Shown: piece after piece, positions 27,513 to 37,100 of the stretch
Numbering within the stretch: the stretch's first letter is position 1
How the letters are laid out: every line of letters begins with the position of its first letter
NCBI GenBank assembly: GCA_043803765.1
Contig: JAZDJQ010000004.1
Location: 14,893 to 78,892 of the forward strand
Direction: 5' to 3'
Length of the DNA stretch: 64,000 nucleotides
Origin: Candidatus Iainarchaeum sp.
GTDB lineage: Archaea; Iainarchaeota; Iainarchaeia; Iainarchaeales; VGJJ01
The notes under the pieces: generated by a model
Databases searched by the model: none
What the model was told of the DNA's origin: nothing
Seen by the model: the letters and a program-made list of their open reading frames with translations, nothing else
Position numbers and translations under genes: made by a program

Positions 27513-29204
27513 ATGAGGGCACCTTTGATTCTATTCACGTTGCTGTTACTTGTTATTCTACCCGGATTGGTATCTGCAAAAATTGTGTGTAAGACGTCTG
27601 ACTCGATATCAGATGGAATCGTAGTCGTCAAGTTATCTGCCCCTACTAATGCTCATGCGGAAACGTATAATTATTCGGGCGGAATATATCCCATTAAGAT
27701 TCGGTGTAAGGAAGACACGGGAGTTAGTCTCGATAATGGAATAGCTGGATCCGTGACATTGATGCAGTTGAGCACTATCACAAACGCACACGCACAAACT
27801 AACGGGTCTGGGGGAACGTATACCATCAATGTAAATGTTGGGGAGAGTGAGGGGGGAAATTTGGAAGTGCAGACAGTAACTGCCCCATTGAACTGCAGTA
27901 ATCTTGGAACAGAATGGGATGATGTAGTCCACTTATCTGGAACTACCAATGCCCACCTCGAGGCACCGGAACAATCAAACTACTCTATCTACCTATGTTT
28001 GCGATATGATAGTGGTGGAGTGCCCGTTGAGCCAACGGAAAACATTGTTTCTGTCAAGATTCCTAATAAAACGGGAATCCTAACTTCAATCAATGATAAT
28101 GAAGAACTTAGTATTCCAATTAACCTAAAAAAAGAAGCCATTAATTCCTTAAATATAAACACGAGGGAAATAATTATAGCAAGTGTTTGTAATTTAGATA
28201 TATCATCGTGCCAAACTGCAACCGACTTTCAGAAATATCTTGTAGGCATCATAAATGATGGGACTTCTCCAACATGGAGTGGAACTGTTTTTACCAATAG
28301 AAAAGGAACAGCATATGGAATTTACACTCTAATATCCCCGCTTACAAATATACCAATAAACTTAAACGATATAATACGAATTGAATCATCTCCGGGTGTT
28401 TATGCCGCAAATATCGAGGCATTAGGAGGAATATACAATTATTTCTATATTGTGAATCCAACTACTATGAGTCTTTCCCCCGGAAATTATCGTTTCCATG
28501 CAGTAGGATTATGGGGGGAATATGATTATTCGGGTGGAACCAGTAATAAAGCAGAAACACAAGCGTATGCTAATTCAGATAACTTTGACTATTTTGATTT
28601 TGAAATAAAAGACTCGAGCGGTCCCGGCCCGGGCGGTCCCGATGGAACCGGCGGTGACATCTTCTCCATTAAGGATATTTCGTTTGTCCCCAATCCACCA
28701 ATCGAGGGAGGGAATATTGTAGCCAATATTACCATTTTGAATAAGCAAACGGATATCACTGCCACCAACGCGACAATATTAAATGTGGTCATCCGGGATG
28801 GAGATGGAAATCCTATTCCGGGAACCCCAAATGATTATTTCACGCAACAACAAATTACATTTGACTCTGTTTTCCCCGAAAAAACCATCCCCATCCAAAT
28901 CTCCACCGCCGGCATTGCTGATGCGTTCGCCCCCGGGGAAACGTTTACGTTGTATGCGAGCATCGACCCGTATGTGGAATCCCCGCCCGTTGGAGAAAAA
29001 GATGACAGTGAAACCATTACCGGCAACAATTCGGCTTTCCGTACGTTTACGGTGGTGAATCCACAGAGAGCAATCAGTGTTCCGGATGCACCGTGGTGGA
29101 TGGCGTTGGTGGTGGTGGGAATAGTGTTAGGATGGATGTTCGTATCCACTCGCTCAACGAAAACATTACGAGGAAGAAGGGGAAAATTCGCGTTTGACAA
29201 ATAA
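27513..29204 (+). CDS. Cell-surface protein: signal peptide, three LSxxTNAH repeats, Ig/CARDB-like domain, VPD-TM-basic C-terminus
   Basis: LSAPTNAH, LSTITNAH, LSGTTNAH; ISVPDAPWWMALVVVGIVLGWMFV-RSTKTLRGRR. Confidence 0.75.
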   Translation: MRAPLILFTLLLLVILPGLVSAKIVCKTSDSISDGIVVVKLSAPTNAHAETYNYSGGIYPIKIRCKEDTGVSLDNGIAGSVTLMQLSTITNAHAQTNGSGGTYTINVNVGESEGGNLEVQTVTAPLNCSNLGTEWDDVVHLSGTTNAHLEAPEQSNYSIYLCLRYDSGGVPVEPTENIVSVKIPNKTGILTSINDNEELSIPINLKKEAINSLNINTREIIIASVCNLDISSCQTATDFQKYLVGIINDGTSPTWSGTVFTNRKGTAYGIYTLISPLTNIPINLNDIIRIESSPGVYAANIEALGGIYNYFYIVNPTTMSLSPGNYRFHAVGLWGEYDYSGGTSNKAETQAYANSDNFDYFDFEIKDSSGPGPGGPDGTGGDIFSIKDISFVPNPPIEGGNIVANITILNKQTDITATNATILNVVIRDGDGNPIPGTPNDYFTQQQITFDSVFPEKTIPIQISTAGIADAFAPGETFTLYASIDPYVESPPVGEKDDSETITGNNSAFRTFTVVNPQRAISVPDAPWWMALVVVGIVLGWMFVSTRSTKTLRGRRGKFAFDK

Positions 29205-30698
29205 TACGTTTCCTTTCCTTATTTTTTTCTCCCCCATTTTGGCAGGATGCTGAAGAACAGTATAGTGCGGCTCATCCAGCCCGAACTGCGTGCGGATTTC
29301 TACGCTGGATTTGGGAAGAACCGGATAGATAAGAATGGATAGTTGCCTCAACAATTCTACTTCCGTTGCAAGAAGTTTCTCTACCTCGGCACGCTTCCCT
29401 TCCTTCATTAGTTTCCATGGTTCCTTATCCGCAATATACTTGTTTCCCAATGCGACTATTTTCCACGCATACTGTAAACCATTCTGAATGTCATGCGAGA
29501 GAAAAGAAAGATAGGATTGCTGCGCATGCTCATTGGACTGAGAAAGAATTTCCATATCTAAATCAATGAGAGGAATAACACTATTACAATACTTTTCAAT
29601 CATCGACAACACGCGGTAAACAAGATTACCCAAACCATCCGCTAATTCCGTATTATTCCGCTCGATGAGATTTTTTTCACTGAATGACATGTCGTTTCCC
29701 AAAGGGGACTCGCGCAATAAATAGTAACGCAATGGTTCAACACCGTATTTTTCCATTATGAGTAATGGATCCACCACATTCCCCTTCGATTTAGACATTT
29801 TTTCCCCATGCTCATCATTCACAAAACCGTGCACGAGAATCTGTTTAGGCAATGCAATCCCCACACTCATAAGCATGGCCGGCCAAAGCAAAGAATGAAA
29901 GCGGCTAATGTCCATCCCAATCACGTGAACATCGGCAGGCCAATAATCCGTATAGGACTTATCAGGATAACCGCAAACCGTGAGATAATTCACAAGAGCA
30001 TCTCCCCAAACATAAATCGTATGATCCTTGTTTATGGGAGTGGGAACACCCCATGAAACAGATTTGCGGGAAAAAGAAATATCATTCAATCCCTTTTTCA
30101 TGAACTGCTCCATCTCGTTTTTCCTAAACGGAGGAAAAATGTTGTGTGAATGCTGGGCATACCACTGCTCCAATTTCTCTTGATACGCACTCCACTTGAA
30201 AAAATAACTTTCCTCTTTTACTTTCTCTACTTCCTTTCCGCAATGGGGATTGGGACAAAACTTTTTACCATCACGATCAACTAGGTCTTTTTCCGTCCAA
30301 AAAGTCTCATCACTCACGCAATACCAGCCCTCATACATATCGGGATAGATGTCATCCGCATCAAACAATGATTGGAAAAAAAACTGGGCCGCTTTCACAT
30401 GCTCTGAATTAGTAGTTCGAATAAACGTATCATAGGAAATAGAAGCCATATCAAAAAGACGCTGAAACTCAACCGCCATTTGGTCAACATACTGCTGGGT
30501 TTCCATCCCAGCACCCTTTGCCGCCTTCTGGACTTTCTCCCCGTGCTCGTCCACCCCTACACTAAAAAGAACTTTTTCTCCATTCAAGCGGTGGATGCGC
30601 GCAATAACATCCGCAATGGTTTTCTCATAAATATGCCCCATGTGAAGCTTCGCATTAGGATAATCGATGGCACAGGAAACGAAAAAAACCTTGGACAT
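29166..30698 (-). CDS. metG: Methionine--tRNA ligase
   Basis: YPNAKLHMGH, EESYFF, YVWGDALVNY, KMSKSKGN; start ATG 30698. Confidence 0.95.
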   Translation of the reverse strand: MSKVFFVSCAIDYPNAKLHMGHIYEKTIADVIARIHRLNGEKVLFSVGVDEHGEKVQKAAKGAGMETQQYVDQMAVEFQRLFDMASISYDTFIRTTNSEHVKAAQFFFQSLFDADDIYPDMYEGWYCVSDETFWTEKDLVDRDGKKFCPNPHCGKEVEKVKEESYFFKWSAYQEKLEQWYAQHSHNIFPPFRKNEMEQFMKKGLNDISFSRKSVSWGVPTPINKDHTIYVWGDALVNYLTVCGYPDKSYTDYWPADVHVIGMDISRFHSLLWPAMLMSVGIALPKQILVHGFVNDEHGEKMSKSKGNVVDPLLIMEKYGVEPLRYYLLRESPLGNDMSFSEKNLIERNNTELADGLGNLVYRVLSMIEKYCNSVIPLIDLDMEILSQSNEHAQQSYLSFLSHDIQNGLQYAWKIVALGNKYIADKEPWKLMKEGKRAEVEKLLATEVELLRQLSILIYPVLPKSSVEIRTQFGLDEPHYTVLQHPAKMGEKKIRKGNVLFVKREFSPSSS

Positions 30699-30884
30699 AG
30701 AACGGAAGGATAAGGAGGGGCTTTTAATAATGACCCTTGTCCTGCCGGTTTTCATCGAAGTTGATAAAAAAGGATTAATACTGCTCTATCTCCCAAATGG
30801 ATACGATACATTTGCCTCCCGAATAATCTTATCCAATACTTCCGAGTGAAACCAACCAATTTTTCGAAGCTTGAAAGAGTGGAT

Positions 30885-31361
30885 TCATTGTTCGAGCAAC
30901 TTTTTTCCCGCAGTCAGTCTTCTGTGTAATATTTCTCGTTGACGCTTTAACCTAACCAGAAAATCCGATGCTCTCCCCCCGCTGTTTGGAACTCGGGACG
31001 CACTTAGAAGATACTTCCGTATTTCACGCAGTCCACCATCGATTTGGTCGATGCGTGCTTGTAGAAAACCAAGCGCTCGAATTAATTTTTGGTAATCAAA
31101 CTTTTTTGTTCTGATTGCTTCCTTCACATAGTTAATAGTCTCCCTTTCTTTGGGATTGATATATGGTCTTCGCGGTGAAGAAAAACTTTGCATTAATTTG
31201 ATTACTCTTAGCAATCCTTCCTGCCTTTCATTGAAAATATCAAGTCGTGCAGTATGCCTTACATCCTCTTCTTGGGCTTTGTAAAAAGGATCCCCTTTTT
31301 GTGCCCGGTGCCGTGGAAAACGAGTCCACTGCCCATTTCTGCGTTTCGAAAACGAACTCAT
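30885..31361 (-). CDS. Basic orphan protein
   Basis: 158-aa ORF filling an otherwise empty gap; R/K-rich; TATA-like GTTAAAAAG upstream. Confidence 0.6.
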   Translation of the reverse strand: MSSFSKRRNGQWTRFPRHRAQKGDPFYKAQEEDVRHTARLDIFNERQEGLLRVIKLMQSFSSPRRPYINPKERETINYVKEAIRTKKFDYQKLIRALGFLQARIDQIDGGLREIRKYLLSASRVPNSGGRASDFLVRLKRQREILHRRLTAGKKLLEQ

Positions 31362-31474
31362 TCTAGCTTGTCGTTATTCATCTTTTTAACTTTAGAGGAG
31401 GCTTGCGCATCGTCGAGAATAGTTTAATCGACCAAAGTTAGCCTTTTATATAACTTTGGTAGATTTATCTTATT

Positions 31475-32122
31475 ATGAACCTGCCATTGGACAAACGCCT
31501 CAAACGCCAATCCCACCGAGATATCGCCCGTTTGCAGGATGTATTGGTTCAGATAGTCTATGACCTCGAACCCGGAGCCGTCATGCATGGCGGAACCGCC
31601 ATCTGGAGATGCTTCCATGGAAAAAGATTTTCCGAAGACGTTGATTTCTATCTATCACCCAAACCCAATTTTCAAGAGAAGTTCACCCAACAACTGGAAA
31701 AGGAGGGAGCGGTTCTTATCAAATATAGGAAAACGGCGAATGCCATCTATTCGGTGATACGAAGAGAACGGACGGATGTTTCATTCGAAACCACGTTCCG
31801 ATCATCCAAAAACCCCGTGGCATCCAATTACGAAAAAAGCGATGGAACATTCCTTACGGTACTCACGCCAAGCCCGGAAGAACTACTCATAGAAAAAATC
31901 ACCGCATTCCAAAACAGGAAACTCATCCGAGATATTTACGATGTCTATCACTTGAGTGTTATTGCTAATCTCCCAACAACCGAACGAAAAATACTGTCCA
32001 AAAAATTATCTACTCTCCCGAGACCGATTGACGAAGAAAATCTCCAAAACATCCTCCTCGAAGGAGCCGTTCCCACATTCAACCAAATGATTGATGCCCT
32101 CCAACGGAGGCTCCACGCATGA
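31475..32122 (+). CDS. AbiEii/AbiGii-family nucleotidyltransferase toxin (type IV TA)
   Basis: HGGTAIWRCF..RFSEDVDF, EKITAF..RKLIRDIYDV. Confidence 0.85.
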   Translation: MNLPLDKRLKRQSHRDIARLQDVLVQIVYDLEPGAVMHGGTAIWRCFHGKRFSEDVDFYLSPKPNFQEKFTQQLEKEGAVLIKYRKTANAIYSVIRRERTDVSFETTFRSSKNPVASNYEKSDGTFLTVLTPSPEELLIEKITAFQNRKLIRDIYDVYHLSVIANLPTTERKILSKKLSTLPRPIDEENLQNILLEGAVPTFNQMIDALQRRLHA

Positions 32123-32725
32123 CTATTCCTCACGAGATCATTGAACATTTCAAGGAATGGCCTTGCTTCACGACTCGTGACGTGCAGCTCTGGCTCAAAA
32201 CCAAAAAAAAAATCCAAGGAATACGTCAAACTGCTCCTGCATACTCTCATCCAAAAAAAGAAAATCCAATCCATCAGAAAGGGAAATTATACGATGCAGG
32301 AGGACCCCATCGTGGCAGGATTCATCTTCCAGCCATTCTACTATGGACTTCATTATGCCCTATCCTACCACCGGCTATGGACACAAGCAACCAATCCGGT
32401 CATCCTCACCACCAAGAACGTCCGACGAGGAGTGCGCGAAATGATGGGAACCCGTTTCGTCCTGAGGCACATTTCACGAAAACTCTTTTTCGGCTATGAA
32501 ACTATTCAGCAATACGATTACTGGATACCCGTATCTACCGTTGAAAAAACGTTGATTGATTTCGTCTATTTCAGACAAAAAATACCAGCGGAAGCCATGG
32601 AAAACATCCTGCGAAAAACGGACACGGAAAAACTGAAAAAATTATTGAAAAACGTTCCTGCGTGGACACGGAAAAGAGTAATGAAAATAGTGAAAACCGA
32701 CCACGAAATTATTCCAAAGAAATAA
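32119..32725 (+). pseudogene. AbiEi-family antitoxin, frameshifted at A10 (32203-32212)
   Basis: wHTH start in 32119 frame, remainder (YYGLHYALSYH..VSTVEKTLID) in +1 frame; A9 restores frame; ATGA overlap with toxin. Confidence 0.75.
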
Positions 32726-32762
32726 AGTGGCGATCAGAATTGTTAACATTTCTCTGGAGGCA

Positions 32763-33152
32763 TTACATTTTTTCCAAGTATTTTTTGAACGCCTGACGAT
32801 CTACTTCTTCGTCAAGTTTTTCAATTTCTTTTTGAGATATCCAAATGAGTTCTGCTGCTTCTTTTTTCTTTATTTTTCCCTTCCATTTTGTGCAAACAAA
32901 GTATTGTACGGTGTATTGTTTTTTATCTTTCTCCCAAGGGAACGAGCACAAAGCATAATAGTTCAAAGGTTCAATGTCAAGTTCTTCTTTTGTTTCTCTT
33001 AGAAATGCTCGTTCTTCTGTTTCATTAGGTTCAACATGCCCTCCCGGAATCCAAGTGCACCCCGCCCCAAATGGGTCGTTCGATTTTCTAACCTCTGCTA
33101 AAACACACTTATCTTTTACGATGAGTATTGCCACCAATGATTTTATGGACAT
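32763..33152 (-). CDS. NUDIX hydrolase
   Basis: GGHVEPNETEERAFLRETKEELDI Nudix box. Confidence 0.9.
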   Translation of the reverse strand: MSIKSLVAILIVKDKCVLAEVRKSNDPFGAGCTWIPGGHVEPNETEERAFLRETKEELDIEPLNYYALCSFPWEKDKKQYTVQYFVCTKWKGKIKKKEAAELIWISQKEIEKLDEEVDRQAFKKYLEKM

Positions 33153-33320
33153 CTTATTTTCACCTCGTTCTCAAGTGATTTATTTTATTTTTTAGCTTTT
33201 CTACTGCTTGATCGAGCCCCCACACGTCCTAAATTCCTAGAGAGAACCTTATTTCGGGATAATACACACACCCCAGCAATCACCCCAAAGAAATAAATAG
33301 TCCCCCCCCCTAGGGAAGAC

Positions 33321-33905
33321 ATGCCAGTAACCATACGAGGAAAAATAGCCAAGGGAATCTTAAGAAAAACAAGATATGAGGAAGCCCCCTTCAGGGGAGT
33401 ACGACCCCCATTATCCCGAAGAATTATGGGGCGCAAGGCCATGCTCAGATGGCACCGAGAAGTGGACAACCGAATAAGAGAAATGGAACACTATTTGCAC
33501 CAGAATAGAGAGACGTTGATTGATGGGAACATCCGATTGCCCCCTGGTTTGAAACGGATTAAGAAAAGTCATCGAATTGATATTGTCTGTGCGAGTGCAA
33601 TAATGGGCTCAATGGGTTCACTTATAGGAGGAGCAACGGATAGAAAAACCGCTGTATCAGCGGCAATTATTGGTGCAGGGATTGGGGCTTTTTGGGCGAG
33701 AGGCCATTGGTATCGCACGATGATAAAGGATTACAAAGGGTTAATACGGATGCTCAAAACCAGCCATTTGTTTGTCTCCCGCGAAGGGAAGCCATTGAAT
33801 AGGAATCAGGTGGAACAAAATACTATGATCGTTGAGGGGATTCTGCGTGCACTACTGAACATGTCCTCCCACAACTCCAAGGCCATTGAAGGACTCCAAG
33901 CCTGA
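33321..33905 (+). CDS. Basic orphan protein with two small-residue-rich hydrophobic helices
   Basis: R/P-rich N-terminus; SAIMGSMGSLIGGA and AVSAAIIGAGIGAFW; AAATAAAT TATA-like box upstream. Confidence 0.6.
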   Translation: MPVTIRGKIAKGILRKTRYEEAPFRGVRPPLSRRIMGRKAMLRWHREVDNRIREMEHYLHQNRETLIDGNIRLPPGLKRIKKSHRIDIVCASAIMGSMGSLIGGATDRKTAVSAAIIGAGIGAFWARGHWYRTMIKDYKGLIRMLKTSHLFVSREGKPLNRNQVEQNTMIVEGILRALLNMSSHNSKAIEGLQA

Positions 33906-34146
33906 ATCGGCCACTTATTTCCAACCTGCTGTCGTCGGGCGACTCCTGTATTCCGTTTCAAGCCAATGGACAGTTCAGAACCCAAAGAAGGGATTGCTGG
34001 GGATGTTCGAAAAACCAATCCACCCGCATTAAGTAGAAGGAAAACGTTGGAGATTGACTCCCCAAAAAATTAGATGAATACGTATCCCAATCCGTTGGCG
34101 AAAAGCCGCCAAAAGCGCTTTATATAAGGAACCAGCGTGAGCCATT

Positions 34147-37100
34147 ATGGATGGGAATGAATACAAAGAAGCACGGTTTGAACGACCTGAGGAGACGGAG
34201 ATTGCCTTCACTACGGGAAAAGGAGAAGCCAATCCATTCATCCCAAAATTCGAGGAATTCTTTTCTACGTTAGAGTATAAGAAAAAAATAGAAAAACTCG
34301 CGCACGAATACCCGCAGGAGCGTTCCCTCATTGTAGATTTCAACGATTTGGATTCGTTTGATTACCAACTAGCAGAAGAATTAATGGAGCACCCGGACTT
34401 GCTCATGGAAGCAGCCAAACTCGCTGTACAAAAAATAGAAGTATCCGTATTGCAGTTGGATTCATTCACTCCAAACGTGCGCTTTCGTAACTTACCCAAA
34501 GATAAACAATCACTCGTACGGGATGTGAGCGCTGCACAATTGGGAAAACTCATTTCAGTAGAAGGAGTCATCCGCCAAGTAACAGAAGTCATGCCCAAAC
34601 TCAAAAATGCCACATGGCGATGCAGAAGATGCGGAAACACATACCTTATTGCACAAGACGGACATCAACAAAGAAAACCGGTATTGTGCAGCTGCAAGAA
34701 CAGGGACTTTGAACTCGTTCCTGAAGAATCGCGATTCGTGGATTATCAAAAAATACAAATACAGGAACCATTGGAAATGCTGAAAGGAAGCGAACAAGCA
34801 GTAAATCTAGATGTATACATCGAAGACGACTTCGTGAACAAAGTGTACCCGGGAAACCGAACTCAAATTACCGGAATCCTACGATTGTATCCACCCAACA
34901 AGGATAAGAAAAACGTGTACGGACGATATTTAGAAGCCATTCACTTAGAAGAAACAGAAAAAGAATTCGAGGACATTATCATTGAGGAAGAGGAAGAACA
35001 AAAAATAAAAGAATTAGCCAAAGACCCAGCCATTTACCAAATGCTCGCGCAGAGTATCGCACCCGCTATTCACGGGCATGATATTGTAAAAGAAAGCATC
35101 GCATTGCAATTATTCGGAGGAGTAAAAAAGAACATCCCGGGAAGCACCACAATAAGGGGAAACGTACACGTGCTATTAGTAGGAGATCCGGGGACGGGAA
35201 AATCGCAGCTGTTGGTCGCCGCGGACCGAATCGCTCCCAAATCGGTGTACGTGGCGGGAAAAACAAGCTCAGGAGTTGGACTCACGGCAAGTGCAGTTAA
35301 GGACGATTTTGGAGAAGGAGGATGGACGCTCAAAGCAGGAGCACTCGTGCTTGCGAGCGGAGGAATGGTGATGGTGGACGAATTTGATAAAATGGAGTGT
35401 TTGACCGGAGATTCCCTCGTGTGCACTGAAAATGGAAAACTTGCCCCCATCCAAACCATTTTCGAAGAATCCAAGAAACATGGAAGGATTGAGACAACTG
35501 CAAAGGGAACAAGCGTCCGGGATATCCAAAACCAATTCGTTTTATCCATGAATGCACAACTGAATATTATCAAACGCCGAGTGGTGGCCGCGCACGAATA
35601 CCCACATGATGGAAGAATATTGCAAATACGGTTGCAGAGCGGGGAAAAAATCAACGTGTCCCCCAACCACCCGTTCTTTACTACAACGGATAAAGAAGTA
35701 AGAACGATTAAAGCAGGTTATTTGCAAAAAGGGAGTTTTATTCTCGTTCCAGCAGCACTTCCAAACGAAGAATCCGAGGACTCCAATACATCATTAGCAC
35801 GACTATACGGATACTTGGCAGGAGATGGGAATGTCACCTACAATCCTCCCGAAAACTATATGATCCGGTTCACCAACAAGGACCCGGATCTCCTAGAAGA
35901 CTTCAACCGTTGCTGTACGGACGTGTTCAGCAAACCGACCATTTACCCGAGTGAAATCAGGGAAGGCGGACTCTCTTCTACTCGCGTAAACGGTCAATCT
36001 CACGTAGACCACATTGCTCAACACGCCCCGGGACTGATGGAAAAATACAGTGACAAGTATTCACCCAATATTCCATTCCTATCAGAAGATAATGCCATTC
36101 ACTACCTGCGCGGACTCTTTGACTCAGAAGGAAACGTGGACATCGTGCACCAACAAGTATCTTTCTCCTCGACGAGTGAGCGAATCACCATGGAAGTCAA
36201 AACCCTCCTGTTGAAGTTAGGAATTCTTTCCCAGATACAATACAAGAAACCACACGAAAAACGCCGAGCATCCTACAGCCTGCGAATCACCGATTCGGAG
36301 TCCATTGCCAAATTTTCAGCAAAAATAGGATTTACCAGCACACGAAAACAAGGCGCACTCATGAAATTCACTCCATCATCACGAGAGCACAGCGTTCTAA
36401 ATATCATCCCGCACATCGGCCCTCTCCTAAAAGACATCCGGACAGGACTTGGTCTGTATCAAAAAGAATGCGGATTGAACGCAGCCACTTACCATAATTT
36501 TGAGAGCGGACAGGCAAATATCACCCTGAAAAAGGCCCGCAAGGTACTGGAAGTATTCAAGGCCCACCACCAAACAAACCTTTCTCCAAAAATTCAGCAA
36601 AAAATACAGTATTTTGAGATGTTGGTAAATGGCAACGTTCTCTGGCGAAAGGTGAGCGAGGTTAAAGAAGTAACCCACTCTCCTGCGCACCGGATAAGCT
36701 ACCAGCAGACCCACCAGATTAATCACCTCCTTTCCACCATTGGTTTTCCAAAAATAGCACAAAAAAATATGAAGAAACAAATCCCATTGATTATGGAAAA
36801 ACTGAAAACAAAACAGTCACGCATTCATTCACTATTTATGAAAATAGAATGGAAAGAGGAAAATATTCGAGATGCAATCGCAAACGAGTCCATCCCCCAC
36901 TCCATGATTGCCAGCGACTTAGGGATACACCAATCCACCATCTCACGGTGGATTGGAAGACAGACCACGCCCCACACCTTTACCCCATATGATACAATCC
37001 CAATACTAAAAAAACACCTGTGCAAACAAAATGAACAGATTAAGGAAGTTATCCCATTACTGGAAAATGCCATTGCCACTCCAAAAACTAGGATATATGA

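Noticed and set aside
29166-29204. 39-bp convergent overlap of metG and the surface-protein gene
   Set aside because: Short convergent overlaps are common in compact genomes; no further signal
33302-33310. C9 tract upstream of the 33321 orphan as a phase-variable promoter spacer
   Set aside because: Single observation with no evidence of length variation from sequence alone
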